Origin: Nemertoderma westbladi
Taxonomy: Eukaryota; Animalia; Xenacoelomorpha
Direction: 5' to 3'
DNA: 64,000 nt
Assembly: GCA_032718475.1 (NCBI GenBank)
Contig: JAUCBJ010004412.1
Span: 20,813-84,812, forward strand
Numbering within the stretch: the stretch's first letter is position 1; each line of letters starts with the position of its first letter. Position numbers and translations under genes: made by a program. Shown here one piece after another: positions 22,701 to 35,900 of this stretch. The notes below the pieces were generated by a model. That model ran no database searches. It was not told the origin of the DNA and saw only the letters and a program-made list of their open reading frames with translations.

Positions 22701-23440
22701 CTAGGATCGGCATGCTGCATTGCAGCTGCATTTTTAAGAATGCTGTGCTGGCTTGTCAACAAAATTGCACCGCCACAACTCCCTATCACCCATGACATTT
22801 GCTAGATCATCCGCATCTTCAAGTCCAGTGTCCTTTAAGATGCGTCTCAAGAAAGTCATGGGCTGTCCACCATGCTTATTCACTCCATGAGGCTGCCAAA
22901 GTACAAGATTATGCACTGGCTGGTCCTCACGGCGAAAGCAATGTCCTGCAAAGCGGAGGCGATTTTGTTCTAGTGTCAAGCTTGGGGGAACCAATGAGAC
23001 ACCTCCAATGTTACTATACACTATATTATAGTGTCTGGTTGGAGATGTGTGCATTGTACTTGACACAATGAACCCGGCGTAGCATTCTTGTGAATGTGTC
23101 ATCCAGAGAGCTTAGTTAGAGCCCAGCATGGACTCCCATAGATGAGTACTGGAACTACTGCTGCTCTAAATAATCGGACCTTACGTTTCCGATTAATTCT
23201 CGGTGACTTCCAAATCCTGGAAAGCCTATTCAAGGCTGTCCATGCCTTTCCCTTACGTATTCGAAGGTCCATGATCCCAGGTAACAGAAGTCATCCACAT
23301 GCTGAAGTATACCATCTTTTGAGCTTATGCTCATCCGACCAGAGACCTGCTGAGAACTTTCAAAGTTAACTGTCAAAATTTTGGTCATTCTGGAGTTAAT
23401 AAAAAGACCAACACTAGAAGCAGCATGTTCTAATGTTCTA
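22701..23440 (-). mobile_element. RTE-like LINE 3' fragment (RT C-terminus plus 3' UTR)
   Basis: LEHAASSVGLFIN..TK, VDDFCYLGS and RLRFAGHCFR..DRELWR motifs. Truncated at 23440 by the BEL segment. Confidence 0.8.
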
Positions 23441-23578
23441 ACATGTTGGCGTAAACACCGCGACGACGGTACATCGGCGCTGAGAATCCCACTGTCCGGG
23501 GGCAAAGAGAAGTAGGCAGCGACGCCCGCTCGCCTAAATATAAACTTATTTTGATATTAATAAACTCAGATAGCAGAT

Positions 23579-23956
23579 ATGACGGAGTTGATAGAAGATG
23601 ATCTTGGTATTAGGGAGCGATATACTCTACCTTTGCAAGCATTTGTGGATAGCTTAATACGCGGTGAAGCCGATCCAACCATTACGGAGGACGATGGTCG
23701 TTATATCGAACCGCCGATGTCCCAAGAGCAACTTGCGCGTGAATTGGATTATCGAAAATTCACCGCTCGCTATACGAATCGTAATGGTACGTATATGGAC
23801 TTCTTAACTACCGGCCATCCTATCGATTTACATGACACGGACGATGTAGATACAGAGAGGGAAATGGTTCTATTTAAATATCATACCCAGCGGAGTCGTA
23901 ATGATAAACCGAGAATGGAACACGAGAATTCTATTCGAAAACAACTCGAAAGATAG
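23579..23956 (+). CDS. 125-aa N-terminal part of BEL ORF3 (unknown function)
   Basis: Identical protein at 46929-47306 and a diverged homolog at 14076. TATAAA about 40 nt upstream in all copies. Confidence 0.55.
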   Translation: MTELIEDDLGIRERYTLPLQAFVDSLIRGEADPTITEDDGRYIEPPMSQEQLARELDYRKFTARYTNRNGTYMDFLTTGHPIDLHDTDDVDTEREMVLFKYHTQRSRNDKPRMEHENSIRKQLER

Positions 23957-24855
23957 AACGTGGAAGAAAGCTTGTAAAGACAAATAGAGGAGAACACTGA
24001 AGAAGAGACATGGGTTAATGTCCAGGGTCCATGATGTGAATAGTTTTTCCCCGGGGCACGGGTGCTCGCGGGCGGTCTCCTTCGGGAGGCTGTAATTTCT
24101 CTTCCTTCATCGTTTTCCTGTAATTATTGTGATCAGTGTCACAATTAAAGGGCAAGAATGAATGATGATGTGACGGAAACATGTCCATTGTGGTATCTTA
24201 TGGATACTACCATATATCCTCCCTCCTCTTTACTCCCTTTATCCCTCTATACATCGCTATTGAAAATACAACATACTTCGTCCCACCTTCTCTTCCCAAT
24301 GTGCTCGGAGCTTTGGGAGACGATCGACCAATCATTGCCGTATCGTGGTATGGATCATACCGCCTCCTAATAAATCCCCCCACCCCTTACTGTTTATTTG
24401 TATGCTCATATTGGTGTCCGCACCTCTTGTCCATGTCACATTCCACATTCTGTTGATATTTATGATATCAACTTCCACCCTCTCGTTGTTGATTAGAAAA
24501 TCAACCACCAATAATTTCCTTAAGTCCGCAACCGTGATACAAACAAGGACTGAAAGGACACGAGGATAGTTTGTGAACAACTGGTACCATTATGTGTCAT
24601 AAATCTGGTTGTTCACCTCCCTCAATGATTGGAGATATAAATCTTATGTAGAACAACTGAGACAAACATATCCTTGAACTGGTGTTTATCTCCTCGCACT
24701 AGGGATAAATTCATTTGGAGATAGTCTTCGAACGATTGAATCCTCCAACTGAGAACTGAGATCGTATTTCTGAATATTTCTGAATACGACATAGGTCTTC
24801 CCCTGCTCTCTACCACTACCATCAATGGAAGACATATTAGGCATACAACGGGAAT

Positions 24856-26385
24856 ATGGAGAACATTCCATACCCTTTCGTTGATACTCAGCTGATTGCT
24901 CCCTGGGCAGAAGGTCGAGGTTTCTTCCGCACCATGTATGCTAATACGTCTAGCAACATTACAAAGGTGCAACGAACTTCCATCGGACATCTTGCCTTTC
25001 AGGAATACGGAAGGAATTTCAAAGTCGGAAATCCCATTAACTATCAACAAGTATACGGAGACCATTATTCTCGATTATACTTCGATGGACCATTGACCGC
25101 ACCTGGCGCTGTGTATAGCTTCATGAGTGTTCCACTCCGTCCCTCCTTAGCTATATACACAATCTTTGAAAACACCGCACTTGCCGGTTGGCTAGCCGAT
25201 GTGTGCAGTCGTACTATACGCGCCCATCCATTAATACTTGGGACCAAACTCGCTAAGCTAGATGAACATAATAAATTCATCCGCTTCGAATGTTTCCGGC
25301 GATTTTTAACCCCATTCCGCAACGTGGATAGCCAATTTAAAGACCGCGCTTTGACCAAGCTCAGCCTAAGAAACTCAGCTGCAGAGAAGTTGGATAGCGC
25401 TGGATTCGCCGTTTTCAAAGAGATTTGTATATCGAACTTGCACTCCTCTGTTATACAAAGACCTCGAATCCCCACAGGTTATTCTGTCGTGGAAATTCAG
25501 ACAATAGGTCCACCTGAAGAGACAGACACGCCCACCTCAGCTATGCACGTGGAAGACGAACCAATATGTCTAGAATCTGAGGAGATTCAGCCTATCGCGC
25601 CCCGGAACAGCGACAACGATTACATCATAGAATGGTATCAAGGTCCACAGTGTCTCACTGCGTACGATTATCGACATGCCAACTATGTTTCTAGGCAACG
25701 TTGTCGGTTATGTGCGTCGAGAGATCACGATACGCCCATGGACACAAACGTCCGCTGTTCCTATTTCCAAGAACAACCGACTATGGAAATTTATTGCGCA
25801 TATTGCAGACTCAATAACTTGCACATATTTGCGGTTTGCCCTCAATTTATGACTCAATGTCACCATTGTCAACTAAAGGGACACGCCAGTTTCGATTGCC
25901 CTTTTAATCGCGATTTGGAAAGCGTAGATGAAATGATCACACTACGTTACATCAGAGCTTGGGAAGCGAACGCTGATTTACATTGTGATTCGCGCCATCG
26001 TTATTATCCCGGACGCGCTTACGAAGGAGTTTATGCGTTCCATCCTTATCTATTCGCTTCGGTCGAACAGAAATCACGCATATCGAGTTACGAGCTACTG
26101 AAGCGCGTCGGAGAATGTATTTCAACCAAATTCGTACGCAAATTTCTCAGGAGTGTTAATCCTAGCGACCTTCATTCCTATAACTTAATCAATTATATCC
26201 GTCAGGATCCGGACTATGGAGACTTGTTTGTTAACTCACACCCCGAGTTACAGGAAGTATATCGACGGCCTTACGAATACCGAGCCCGCGAACGCGAGTT
26301 GGAAAGAACCATTAAACCCCGGAGGTTTCTAACTGCCTATGGTCCACCCACGGCCCTCGTTCAGACCTTCGTAAAGGACCCGTAA
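24856..26385 (+). CDS. 509-aa retrotransposon accessory protein with three Cys/His zinc-knuckle-like motifs
   Basis: Long intact ORF with CX2CX4HX9C, CX2CX5HX4C and canonical CX2CX4HX4C at ~25702-25899. Second copy at 48206-49735. Confidence 0.7.
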   Translation: MENIPYPFVDTQLIAPWAEGRGFFRTMYANTSSNITKVQRTSIGHLAFQEYGRNFKVGNPINYQQVYGDHYSRLYFDGPLTAPGAVYSFMSVPLRPSLAIYTIFENTALAGWLADVCSRTIRAHPLILGTKLAKLDEHNKFIRFECFRRFLTPFRNVDSQFKDRALTKLSLRNSAAEKLDSAGFAVFKEICISNLHSSVIQRPRIPTGYSVVEIQTIGPPEETDTPTSAMHVEDEPICLESEEIQPIAPRNSDNDYIIEWYQGPQCLTAYDYRHANYVSRQRCRLCASRDHDTPMDTNVRCSYFQEQPTMEIYCAYCRLNNLHIFAVCPQFMTQCHHCQLKGHASFDCPFNRDLESVDEMITLRYIRAWEANADLHCDSRHRYYPGRAYEGVYAFHPYLFASVEQKSRISSYELLKRVGECISTKFVRKFLRSVNPSDLHSYNLINYIRQDPDYGDLFVNSHPELQEVYRRPYEYRARERELERTIKPRRFLTAYGPPTALVQTFVKDP

Positions 26386-26708
26386 GAGCGGCTGTCTTAA
26401 AACGAGCTCTCAAAGCCGTTAGACCCCTCTCCCCCGACGTTGATGTCAATCAACCCGGTACTTCGACTGGCGGATACACCGACCATAATCCTACACCCTC
26501 TGATGCAATCATATTGCACCCTTCACCCAGGAGTTATAGCCCTCCTTGTAAAGTGGCTCGCCCCAAAGAGAAAAGGACTCTGGCTAGCTTTAAAAAACTG
26601 CGTAAACGCCGTCCGCGCAAGAAAGACTAACTGTTTAGAGTATTTACATATATTAGAAACTGTGATTTTTGTATATTTATAAACTTGAATCCCATTTTCT
26701 GGGAGCGG

Positions 26709-27887
26709 TGTAAAAGCTTTTGCGGATATACTCAGTCCCCCTCGCCCGCAAGGTACCGTTATAGGTGTTTTAACGGACATAAAAGTCATTCTTCTATATA
26801 CGTGCTTTGGCGGACATGGTAAGGCAAAAAACCCGCAATGCACCAAATACCCTTGCACAGCTTAGCCTTGATGATTCAGATTACGACATCTAACAGCTGG
26901 TTGCTGACATGGAAACGGCCATTGGACACATGGTTCTTTGTTTAGCTTAACAGCCAATCAGAGCGATTTTTTCTGTCGATGTGGAGATATTTTGGCAGAT
27001 CATACTAGGAGTGTTCAGTCTTACTGTTTTTCTTGATACTGTTGTGTTGTTTCTATCTAGGCCAGGAACACCGGCTCTAGAGTCAACTCGTTTTCATACT
27101 TTAGAAGAAACATTAGTAGGCTTAAATTATAGAGCGTATAACTGTTATCTTATCTCAGTTCAGTCTTACATTATCGGTTCAACATACATTATTATACTGC
27201 TATTTACTGTTGTCATTATTTGTATCCGATGGTTGAATATTATTTGGAGAACATCTATAAAGAACCCAAATTTCCCAATTTTCTTGATACACTACAGGTT
27301 AGAGAGACGGGTTATATATAGCGATTGCGACTTATATTGTTGTGGTTTGTAGTGAATTTAATGCTATTTGATAAGCACTACATGAGTCCGTTGCTGTTCG
27401 CTTTATATATGATAAAATTCATTGACGGTCGGCAAATTAGTGAGCAGTATTGTGTGTTACCGGTAGTGTGCCTGATTGTGACTGATAACTAAGCATTTCC
27501 TAAAGAATGCGCCTCATACGTGAATCATAAGCCTTACCGACTTGCCGTTGTGATTAGTATAAGTCATATCTCTGTTTACCTAGATAGAGCACCACGTCCT
27601 AAAGGAACTGTTAATATTTCCCGAAAGTGAATAATATTAGTCAGAAATTATTTATTAACGATCAATCGAATAATACAGTAAGCTTACACTGCAATAATAA
27701 TCTAAGCCCTCAGAATCCAGTCTTCCGGGTATATCCAGCGGGTGAATGGACGCGCACTAGGCTGGCTTCTGCTAATGTTGTGTTTATTGGTATTAAATAT
27801 TTGTCAACTTCTAAAGTCTATTTATAAACCAAAAGACATATAAATTTTGGCAGGTTAAACTGCTAAAGGTCTTCAAAAGCGCGTACA
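26709..27887 (+). repeat. LTR of element B (1179 bp), shared between tandem copies
   Basis: TGTAAAAGC...GCGCGTACA, preceded by the PPT and followed by the PBS-position sequence. Confidence 0.93.
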
Positions 27888-27898
27888 ATAACAGTTAT
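27888..27898 (+). promoter_or_regulatory. Non-tRNA primer-binding site candidate of element B
   Basis: ATAACAGTTAT abuts the LTR and is the reverse complement of ATAACTGTTAT at 27138-27148. Confidence 0.65.
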
Positions 27899-29940
27899 TG
27901 ACTTTATTGGAGTAAGCAATAAAGTATAAAGTACCGGTCGACCGGTAAACCTGAACCGGTACTTCTGTAGGTCAGTAGGCCCAACTGCCAGAACCGGTAC
28001 TGCTGTAGGTCCGTAGGTCCAACTGCCAGAACCGGTACTTCTGTAGGTCCATAGGCCCAACTGTCCTAACCGGTACTTCCAGTATAAGTACATTAGTATT
28101 ATTCGATTTTGATTATTGTATACCGGTAGGTCTCGATATTAAATCGGGGACGCCTGGTTTTTATTGGGATTTTACTTAGGTCTATTTCTGTCAGTTTTAT
28201 TTCCTAGTAAGTTAATATTGAGCTGAAGACGTGTAAGTCTGCTCAGATTGTTCAGATAACTGTAGGCCGGACTGTTGTCGGATTGTTGTTGGGTTTGGAG
28301 AGATTACGGCGTGTGTAGAGTTTGTCCGATAGAGTGCCAGTTAGTAAGTTGGGGCAGCCATAGCTGTAAGGTCAATCCCCTCTTAAAGAATAAGTCGTAC
28401 TACCGTGTTAGAACGCATACTAACTAACCATTTTGGAATCTGCACATACTGTAGTTTATTTAGGCTTGACAGTATTCTGCCATCGTTTAGGCCTGTGTTT
28501 GTTTGTGTGGTCTGTTCAGGTACCGTAATAGTTATTACTCAGATATTTTGTAGGCTGGATTGTTGTCTAGCTATTATTAGGTCTGAAGAGATTGCTGCGT
28601 GTGTAGAGTTTGTCTGATAAAGTGCCAGTTAGTAAGTTGGGGCAGCCATAGCTGTAAGGTCAATCCCCTCTTAAAGAATAAGTCGTACTACCGTGTTAGA
28701 ACGCATACTAACTAACCGTTTCGGAATCTGCACATACTGTAGTTTATTTAGGCTTGGTGGTAGTCTGCCAGCGTTTGGTTTGTATTTTGTTTGAGTATTC
28801 TGTACGGGTAGCGTAATATTTATTATTCAGAGTTTATGCGATTATTCGCAACATTCATGTCCCCAAGTTTATTCCTACAGTAATTGTGTTTGTTACACAT
28901 ACCGTTATAGTTAAATTAACCCCGGTACTACACGGGCTGCTTGGCGTAGGAAAAGACTGGTGACTTTGTGCTTCGGTCACTCCAGCAGATGCCGTGGTTC
29001 TTTTAACTGTTCAAGTATATTTAACTACTGATTATTGTTGTACCAGTACTTGTACCTAATCTAGGGTTTAGTGTACAGTGCTTTCCGAAGGTAATTAGTG
29101 TGTAGGCAGTATATTTGTGTTGTAAAGTGGTTAATAGGCACGTTGGATCTGGTAGTCCGCGGTAATTAACTTCCAGGTAGGAACACTCCGTGATACATAA
29201 CGTAGTACCTATAGCGATACGGCTATAGGTCGTCAGGCGGTGGTATTTTCCTATCTGGACAGTGCAATATATTTTTACTACTACTTATTATTTTCAAATA
29301 CCGTAGTACCCTGTCCGTTGTAATAACCAGAATTCTAACCCTTTGTTAGGCTGGTTTGTAGACTTCCTGTAAAATTACCCTAAAATTTCGTACGTAATAT
29401 TTTTGTTGTGTTTAATTAGAGATTTAATCTCACCCATATCGTAAGTAATTTGTAGTATTAAGTAACTTAGGTAAATTAGAATTATCTGTTTTAGTGTCCA
29501 ATAAATAGCACTTCACTGAGAGCGCACAGCTTCTGTGTAGTGACCCCCCAGAAATAATAACATTTATTTCAAATATTGACAAAAAAACCCATTTTAAACG
29601 GGTATATAAATATTATAAATCAACTCAAACGATTTATAAATAGTAGGCCTGCCATACAACAACTAGGTCTCAATATAAGTTGGACTACTGCTTAAATAAC
29701 GGTAATAAAGTAAGTTAAAGTAACCAAGTAACCCTAAAATATTCAGAATTTCAATTATTCTAAAATAATTGTCATACCGGTATTTACCATAGGCTTATTA
29801 TATTTATTTCTATAAATTTGGGTTGAAATCATACCGGTATTCTGTAATTAATTCTAGTTCATAATTATACTTATATATACTATAAGTGTAAGCTGTATAC
29901 CGGTATTCACGATAGGCCTATTATATATTTATATTTACAA

Positions 29941-32900
29941 TTGTTTCGACAACCCCAAGGACCTCAAGAGCAGGAAGAGCTGCTTTATCAAGTACGCGAA
30001 AGAACCCTACGTATTAGACTAATCCTATCAGCCTTTGAGGAAACTTCCAAAAGAAGACAGGACACGTCGCTGCAGGTTGCTGTCAAGACTTGGTTCCAGC
30101 GGGTAGGTCTCAAAGTGCAAGAAACGGCCCAGTGGAAATCCCAGCTGGCTGAGAGACCAACCTATGAAGAACCAACCGATGCCACCCTTTCTCAAATGGA
30201 AAGTGAAGAAACACCAGCAGAGAAGCCGCCCTCGAGAGACGCCATAGACATCTATCTGTCAGACTATCAACGCTTCTTGGGTGATGAAGAGTTGAGGAGA
30301 CGGCTGTCTGGACTTTCACCTAATAGTGAAGGAACAAAGCTTGTGTTGGACGCAATCGATGCGGAAATGTTAGCTGCAAACCAAGCTGAATTTGATGAAA
30401 AACTCCGCCTCACTAGAGTCCAAGAAGAACAAGTAAAGAAAAAACAGATAGAGGACCGAAAAGCAGCAGCAGTAACGGCAGCAGAAGCAGAAGCAGCAAA
30501 GGCAGCGGCAGAAACAGAAGCAGCAAAGGTAGCGGCAGCGGCAGAAGCAGAAGCAGCAAAGGTAGCGGCAGCGGCAGAAGCAGAAGCAGCAAAGGCAGCG
30601 GCAGAAGCAGAAGCAGCGAAGGCAGCAGCAGCAGCAGAAGCAGAAAGAAAGGCAGCGGTGGCAAAAGCAGAACTGAGAGCGTCTGAGGGGACTACCCAAC
30701 TAGAGTTGGAAAATCTGCAAGAGACGCAAGACAACATAAATAAACAGTTAACTGCTAGTCACATGCAGATGATGAGAAGATCTACTCCCAAATGCCACGG
30801 ATATACATCATCGGAAGAAAGCGAAACCACCGATCCTGAAGGCGGAGGAAATAGATCTCGTCTAAGCAGGCGTAGAAAAACATCTTACCGTCACAAATTA
30901 CCTGATTTGCCCCCAGCTGTTAGAAGACAACTAGCTAGCACAGACTTAAGTAGTATAGAACCTACAGACCAAATTATTAAGGTCAAAAAACTCCCTACTA
31001 TAGTTGATGAGCCTGAAATAATTAGGCCTGTCGTTCCCAAAGTCACTCCTGTGTTAGAGACCCCTGTACTTCCAGAGCTTAACTCTAAATTCCCTTTACA
31101 CAGTACTACACTGCCTGTGCCCGGTAGAACAGTCCATGAGAATATCCCTGTCCTGGAAGCTGAGAGAGAAATCAAAGATTTGTCTCCTGTCGTCCCGCGT
31201 CAGCCCGCTACAATGTTGGCGACTCCCGCTTCGGCGGTCGAGTGGGTAGAGGAGGGACGGCGGGGGATGAATCTCCTGCTCGGACAGATGCAGGAGACTG
31301 TCCACCAACTTAAGGGAACCGTAAGGGAAGGTAGGGCAGAATTGCAAGAAGTGCAGCAAAGTATCGCGCTAGAACGCGACAAATTAGTCAACATACAAAA
31401 TGGTATACCAATACCCCCTGTAAAATTGTGTCAACCTGTTAGGTCTGAAGTATTACATGCACAAGGTGTGGAGCCTACACACATTTATACTGCTAGTGAA
31501 GTAGAAACTCCTATAGCAAACCCTATTAAGGGTGATTATAGACCTGTTGTTAATGATATTCCCTATAGACCTGATAATGATCCGAGAAATTTATATACCG
31601 ATAATTCGATATTAAATAACACGATGGCCCAAGAAAGCTTTACGCGTCAGATGGCTAGAACAGAAGCCCGCCAAGCGGTCAAAGTGGGAGAGATCGTCAA
31701 ATTCAATGGAGATGAGATGAAATGGTTACCTTTCAACGAATATTACAAAGACAGCATACAGAACTCTGTCCTATCTAACGGAGAGAAACTTAGGTTCCTC
31801 ATCAAGTGCTTGGAAGGACCTCCCAAGTTAATGGCGTTAAAGTTTATTGGACATCCAGAAGGATTAAGACAAGTTTGGGATACATTAAACATCAGGTATG
31901 GTAACAAGGATAACATAGCTAAGTATTTGTATGCAAAATTAGTAGCCCCCCGAAACTTCCTTAGTAGCGGTATTATAGAGTTTTCCGATGAGATTCAGGA
32001 GATCTGTAGACAATTGGACTGGTTAGGTAAGTCTCATGAATATCAGAGTTCCATGGTTATTGGAGCAGTAGTCTCTACTTTACCAAAGGGTGGAGTATGT
32101 ACGCGCTGGGACAAGAAAGTATTGTACATGAATGAACAACAACGACGAAGCCCTACCATGGCTGATCTCATGTCCTTCTTAGATGGTGAGGTAAAACTAC
32201 AACTCATCAAGCAGTCCAGAGAGAAAACATCGGAAAATAAGGTAAGTGAGAAACCCGCTTCTAGGAGAAGAGTAACACCGGTGTGTTACACTGACGACGG
32301 CGAAAGCCAAGCTTCTCAAGAAGAGGACAGCGGGAAAGACACTGATACCTAAAGAGGTGAGGTCTCTATAGGGGTGTCAGTAACAGGCGGCGGCGGACTC
32401 GTGAGGGTCTGGGGGCACGTTAAATCGTCTTTATAGTGCAAGGGAGTTACTGAAGGCCCTCGTGTCTTGCGAACCATGAATCAACATGGTGCCGTGGTAC
32501 CGTCTAGTCGGCCTGTTGCCGTACTGCCAGTCCTGTACACAGTAGGGGTGGTGGCATGGCGTGATTTGTGGTTTATATGGTCTATGTGGTAGGTCTATGT
32601 TTGGTATGTATGTGTTGACCAGACTCTTTACTGTCTCCGATCGGTTGCCAAAACGTGTCTTTTCCCAGGGTAGCACTATTGGAATGGAGGTGTTGCATCG
32701 GAATGGACAGGTTCCTGATGATTCTGTTGGTACTACTATTGGAATGGAGGTGGCACCCGGAATATCGGCTGCAAGGAGGGGTTGGTGTTGTAGTATGGTC
32801 CGAGTGAATGATACTCTGGTATCTGTGGTTTGTGTGTGTACGTGGTATACGTGAGTGTATGTATGGCCACTGCGAGTGGGTATGGGAACCCTTACCGGTT

Positions 32901-35900
32901 GGTTCAGTCGCCGCTGGTTATTAGTAGGACCATATTTTACTGCGCCCCAGCATACTTTGTGCACACAAAGTTATTTTACCCTGTCGGTAAAATAAAGTAC
33001 TCTCGACTTTTTATTAGTCGATACAATTTTGTCCCCTCTGATTTTGTCACCGATTTTGTCTTCCCCGATTATGTCCTCTGTGTGTGCGTGGTATGCGTCA
33101 GATTTTGTGTTTACCGTAGTGTACTTGATATTGTGAACATCTATTGAGTACACGTGTACAGTGACTGGTAAGTGGTTACTTGTTCCTAGCTTTCGAGCTA
33201 GTCAGTATTGTTTGCGGAACCGACTTCCCCTCAATACTGCCGGCGAGGCGGGTGAAAACGGTCAATATTCCATGTGGGTAGCGCAAGCCCGCTTGGGACA
33301 AGACCGTCGGTTTGGCTCAAGGGCGACCTTGATGCTCGATCGCTATCGACTGGTCCACCCACCGGTTGACTCTCTGAGTTGGCTCAATGTACAGTCAGGC
33401 CACAGCAAGTTGACAGTAGCCGACCATCTGGCTACACCGACGAGTTGTGCCGGTGTGATCGGGGGATTGAAAAGTGAACCCGGGAAGCATCGGGCTACCC
33501 TCCAGCCCGGTCTGATAAAAACATCAGTCGGACTGGCCCCAAGGGTGGTGGGACAGCGTCCGCCTCATGGGTGCGCCTCGGAGTCATCAGAGAGGAGCCC
33601 AGAAGGACTCAAGCGCGATCTTACTATATTGACAAAACCTCAAAAGACGTAAGTAAATACAAGGTTCGAAACAACGATAGGAGAGAACAGGTTGCCAAGA
33701 CCCCTCCTCAGACTCCTAACAGAATGCACCGAAGAAAACCCGAAGAAAGAACGAGAGTGCATCAAGTTACCCAAGGTAAAGTGAGTAACATAAAACCTGA
33801 CTGTGCGCTGTGCGACGGGACCCACCGTTTGAGTGCGTGTGCTGAATTTCTAAAGAAATCCCTTGTAGACAGACGTGCAGTCGTGTGGGATAAGCGGTTA
33901 TGCTATAATTGCCTCAGACCAGGACACCAACGGCGAACCTGTTACTCCGACATAAAGTGTGCAAAGTGTGGCGCGAAACATCACATCTTGTTACACAGTG
34001 AGTTCGAACGAGACAAACAGAGTCAGGTAAGTGAGCCCGAACTACATGTCCAATTCAGTGATGTAAATGACACTGATCAGGAGTCTGAGATGGAAGGATT
34101 CTATACTGAAGAATTCTCCGACGCCAACGAATCCTGTTACCTAATCAATACCGCGGTGTATCGAGCACTTACTTATGAAAAGGACACCGAAAATGAGTTC
34201 CCCCCAACTACCTTTGACAGACAACCATCTTGGAAAGCTCCAACTTCCAATGTAGGAATCAGAGAATTTCCTGTAGTGCAGGTAAGAGTTCACGGTCCTA
34301 ACAAAAGTTACATAGTGAACGCACTCCTTGACTCCGGCAGCACAGGAACATTCATCGATCAAGAATTAGCCGAAGATATCTTTGCTGGACAACCCAAATT
34401 CCGGACTAAATTGAATATGTCAGGAATTATGCAGGTTTGGAAATCTACCCTAACGGCAGATTACTATGTAGGTGTGTTGTCCACCCCCCAGGATAAGTTA
34501 GGAGCACAAGGTATAAGGTCGGTAAAAATGGTGGCTATAAAGAACTTCGCTACTACTCAAGCAGACCTTTATAATTGGGACGAGGATGAGAGCATCCAAC
34601 ATCTTAAGATACCTCGATTCCAGACAGATTATCCTGGAGTGCAAATACTCATCGGCCAAAACGCGCATGAGGCGCTCGAGACATTGGAGAAACGGCCTGC
34701 TCAACCGCAGCCACTGCAAACCTATGCGGTAAGAACTAGAGTAGGTTGGTACTTTACTGGCCCTTCCCGCAGGACTCTCAAAGAGAGAATGCCACAAGAA
34801 CGAATATACCAAGTAAACGATTGGGAAGTGGAGAGCAGTGAGGTGGACGAACTAACTGAGGGAACACCATACTCCTCAGATAATGACGACATCTACCAAC
34901 TCTTCGATGAAGAGAACACAATCGACCTACTTACAGAAAACCAAACTTGGAAAAATCAGGTGAACCTATGTCAACTGATTCGCCCATCGGAACCCATTGC
35001 TTACAATGACGAACTAAACGATGAGATAGAGCGCTACAACGCTAGAACTCGGGACGAACTAGCCGTACGATTCTTTACTCAAGAACTGGTAGAGCCCAAT
35101 TCATACGATAAGGCTCTATCGATAGAAGAAGAAAGAGCCAAGCAAATCCAGGAAACAACTACACGTTTTTTAAAGGACCAAGGTAGATATGAAATCGGCC
35201 TACCATTTCGAAAACGAGAACCTAGATTTATAAATAACAGACCCTTGGCAGAGAAAAGAATCGCTCAATTGCATCGACGCCTTACGGCTAATGCTTCAGC
35301 TAAAGAAATGTACCAAACTCAGCTGAAGAAATTTATAACAAAGGGATACGCGGAGCGAGTACCGGAAGGAACACCAGTGACTGAGAGAACGTATTACTTA
35401 ACACATCATTACGTTCCCAAACCCGGTAAACCCCATGAAGTACGAGTCGTATTCGATGGCTCCGCGCTATATATGGGCCAATCCCTCAATTCCGAGTTGT
35501 TACCAGGACCCAACTTACTCCAATCTTTGTTGGGAATACTTTTAAGATTAAGACAATATTCCATCGCGTTCGCCTCCGATATAGAAGGAATGTTCTTACA
35601 AGTCAAGGCGCTGGATAGAGATAGAGACAGCCTGAGATTTCTGTGGTAGCCTGAAGGAGACCTCAATCAGAAACCGATAGAGTACTGGATGACCATCCAG
35701 GCTTTTGGGATCATATCTAGTCCTTCCAACGCCTGCTCCGTGGTGCGAACCACTGCGAATGACAACCGAGACTCCTTCTCAAAAGAGATGATAGACAACA
35801 TCAAGCATAATATATACATGGACGATAATTTAAGGTCCCTTCCATCAGTAGAAGAAGCCATTGATGTCGCGAAAGGAACGGTAGAGTGTTTGAAAAGGGG

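Larger units (their letters stand above)
23441..26708 (+). mobile_element. 5'-truncated upstream tandem copy of BEL element B (3' internal region only)
   Basis: Matches 46791-50058 at a constant offset of 23350 with about 5 SNPs seen, and ends in the PPT before the LTR at 26709. Confidence 0.9.

Noticed and set aside
21781-23440. Twin-primed (5'-inverted) single LINE insertion
   Set aside because: The two fragments are tail-to-tail, which is not the geometry of a 5' inversion; treated as separate pieces.
24856-26385. env gene
   Set aside because: No signal peptide or transmembrane anchor visible.
26300-26385. Programmed -1 frameshift joining the 509-aa ORF to the basic tail
   Set aside because: No X XXY YYZ slippery heptamer in the overlap; a mutational frameshift is more likely.
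33560-33612. Hammerhead ribozyme (CTGATGA on the minus strand; also + strand at 20217 and 45431)
   Set aside because: No correctly placed GAAA or stem II/III.
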